In this document: one piece after another, positions 61,755 to 64,000 of the stretch
Position numbering within the stretch: position 1 is the first letter of the stretch
Layout: the number at the start of each line of letters is the position of its first letter
Source of the DNA: Octopus sinensis
Lineage: Eukaryota
DNA length: 64,000 nt
Direction of reading: 5' to 3'
Assembly: GCF_006345805.1 (NCBI RefSeq)
Contig: NC_042998.1
Span: 90,334,001 to 90,398,000 of the forward strand
Notes under the pieces: model-generated
The model's input: only the letters and a program-made list of their open reading frames with translations
Told to the model about the DNA's origin: nothing
Databases searched by the model: none
Program-made: the position numbers and the translations under genes

Positions 61755-63367
61755 TGGCACTCCATCGGTTATAACAGTGAGGGTTCCAGTTGATCCAATC
61801 AATGGAACAGCCCGCTTGTGAACTAAATGTGCAAGTGGCTGAGCACTCTGCAAACATATGTACATTTAATGTATTGGGTTGGCAACAAAGTTCCCGTCAT
61901 TCTTTAAAATTCAAATTTTTTAAAAGGTTTAATAAAAAATAACAACTAATTAATCAATATTGTATTCACCCTTGTTGTTTACAACTTCTTCCCAACGTTC
62001 AACAAGATTTTCAATACCTCGTTGGTAGAAATCACCTGATTTTGACTCGAAAAATTGATCCAACCAAGTTCTCAGTTCTGCATCAGTATTGAACGACACT
62101 CTGCAAATAGCAGTTGAAAGAGATCGAAAGGGGTGGAAATCCATTGGTGCCAAATCAGGAGAGTATGGCAGGTGTGGCAGCACTTCCCAGCCATGTGTTT
62201 GAATGGCTTCCTTGGTCATATTGGTGATATGAGAGTGAGCATTGTCATGCAGCAGAAGAACTCCATGCTGCCGATTAGGTCTTTTCTCTTGAATAGCCGT
62301 GTTGAGTCATTCCATCTGTTGAACATAGAGTTCCGCGTTGGCTGTTTGGTTCCATTCAGGCAATTTGTAATGGATAATCCCTTTCCAGTCCCACTATACG
62401 CACAACATCGTTTTATGCGAATGAAGATCTTGTTTCACGCGCGATGTCACTTGTTTACCAGGGCTAAGCCATTCCTTACGCTGCTTCATATTGATGTACA
62501 GGCACCATTTTTCATTGCCAGTAATTATTCAGTAAAGAAATCATTGCTTGTGTCCATGAGTTGAGCAGTGATGAGCAAGCAAACCAGCAGAGATTTTGGC
62601 TCGTTGATTTTTGTTGTTATCACTTAAAGCATGCGGAACCCATGCTCCATACTTCTGAACCTATCCTATCAAGTGAAGATTCTTCTCTATTGCAGTGTGG
62701 GAGCATTCCATTTTCTCTGCCAGTTCCCTTGTCATTTGATGAGAATTTTCGTGCAAAAGTTGGTTTAATCGCTCTTCATTGAATTCAACTGGACAGCCAG
62801 AACGAGGTGTGTCTTTGAGTTCAAAATTTTCATTTTTGAACTTGGCATACCAATCACGAGCAGTTCTTTCAGCTATGATTTCACCCTCTCCATACACAGC
62901 ACAAATGTCACAAGCAGCTTTTGTGGCCTTAGAACCTTGATTAAAAGCAAAAAGAAAGAGGTGTCAAAAATGCTCGTTTTTCTTAACTTGACATTCCATT
63001 TTAATGATCTGAAAATAAACAAAAATTAACCAAAATTAACTAGAAAAAAAAAACAAAATAGATTCAAAAATGATTCAAAAATAGAATTCTCAACAAAAAT
63101 AGATTCCAAAATTTAAAAATGCAATAAATTCCAAAATTTTTTTAAATGGCAGGAACTTAGTTGCCAACCCAATAGTTCTCAGGATATTCAGCATGACACC
63201 GAATGTGATAAAGCTGGCCTTGAAATATAGGAACTACCCATTTTTGCCAGCTGAATGGATATGAAATAAATTGTTTTGTTCAAGGATGCAACTCACCACA
63301 ATGTATCAAACTCATAGCCTTATAATCATGAGCTGAATAACCTAACCATTTAGCCATGTGCCTTCAC
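61755..63367 (-). mobile_element. SINE interrupted by a mariner at a TA
   Basis: ttaatgTA|...|TAgttctcagg rejoins the SINE body seen intact at 15355-15375 (ttaacgtagttctcggg). Confidence 0.85.
61874..63172 (-). mobile_element. Full-length (1299 bp) decayed mariner, DD34D
   Basis: TIRs ttgggttggcaac.aagttcc with TA TSDs at 61872-61873 and 63173-63174; HTH fragment; HDNA-(34 aa)-PYSPDLAPMDF; stops and frameshifts. Confidence 0.93.
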
Positions 63368-64000
63368 AAGAAATGTTACTTGTTAAAAAAATAATGTCTG
63401 TTTCAAGCCTAAAAGCTCAAAAGACCAGAGTTAATTACAATTTTTTATGGTGTTTAAGCAAATGAGAGTACATAATTTATTGAGCAGGATGCCAATTGCT
63501 AGTCTGTTGCAGGGTTAATATCTGCAGTTGTCATTGGTACTCATTTCAGGTGAGTGAACTAAAGCAACATCAATTGAAGTGTATTTCTAATTCTTACAGA
63601 TTTCAACCATAGCAGTCATGAGCCTAAAGCCCAAACCATTATGTCACATACCTTCACAATATCACTGCTCAATTAAAGCCAGAATTATTAGCACACCAGG
63701 CAAAATGCTAAGCAGCAGTTGTGCATCTTTACATTCTGAGTTCAAATCCTGCTGAAATTGACTTTGCTCTTCATCCTTTCAAGTCCAATAAAATAAGTAC
63801 CATTTGAGTACCGGGGTCAATGTAATCAACTATCTCCCTCTGCTGAAACTGCTGGTCTTGTGCCAAAATTTGAAATGAATATTACTAATCAATTATTCAT
63901 ATGACATTCTGGATCAATTAACAATTTCTGAGTTACAAAACTCTGCAAACTTGAATTTGATTGTTAAAAAAATAGAATTTGGGCATTTTTTTTTCCATCT

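Overview
AT-rich, microsatellite-dense animal DNA. The SINE, LINE and microsatellite spectrum suggests a cephalopod (Octopus-like) genome; this is inference. The only clear host gene is an intronless, intact kinesin-2 motor gene (KIF3A-like, 47711-49951). The rest is mostly transposon-derived: a young, near-intact CsRn1-clade Ty3/Gypsy element (23161-28458), a decayed Gypsy with nested insertions, a tandem cluster of ORF1/Gag-only LINE-like units, RTE and CR1 fragments, two Tc1/mariner-superfamily elements and many tRNA-derived SINEs. The most notable signal is in the first 7 kb. Two unrelated tandem-plus-fold-back repeat arrays (about 361-bp and 480-bp monomers) sit between (TA)n tracts, and each monomer carries a minimal type I hammerhead ribozyme fold. 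Four copies have intact core motifs and two carry complementary inactivating mutations. This looks like a retrozyme / Penelope-pLTR-like self-cleaving, possibly circular RNA system. All folds and alignments were done by eye, so coordinates of decayed repeats are approximate.
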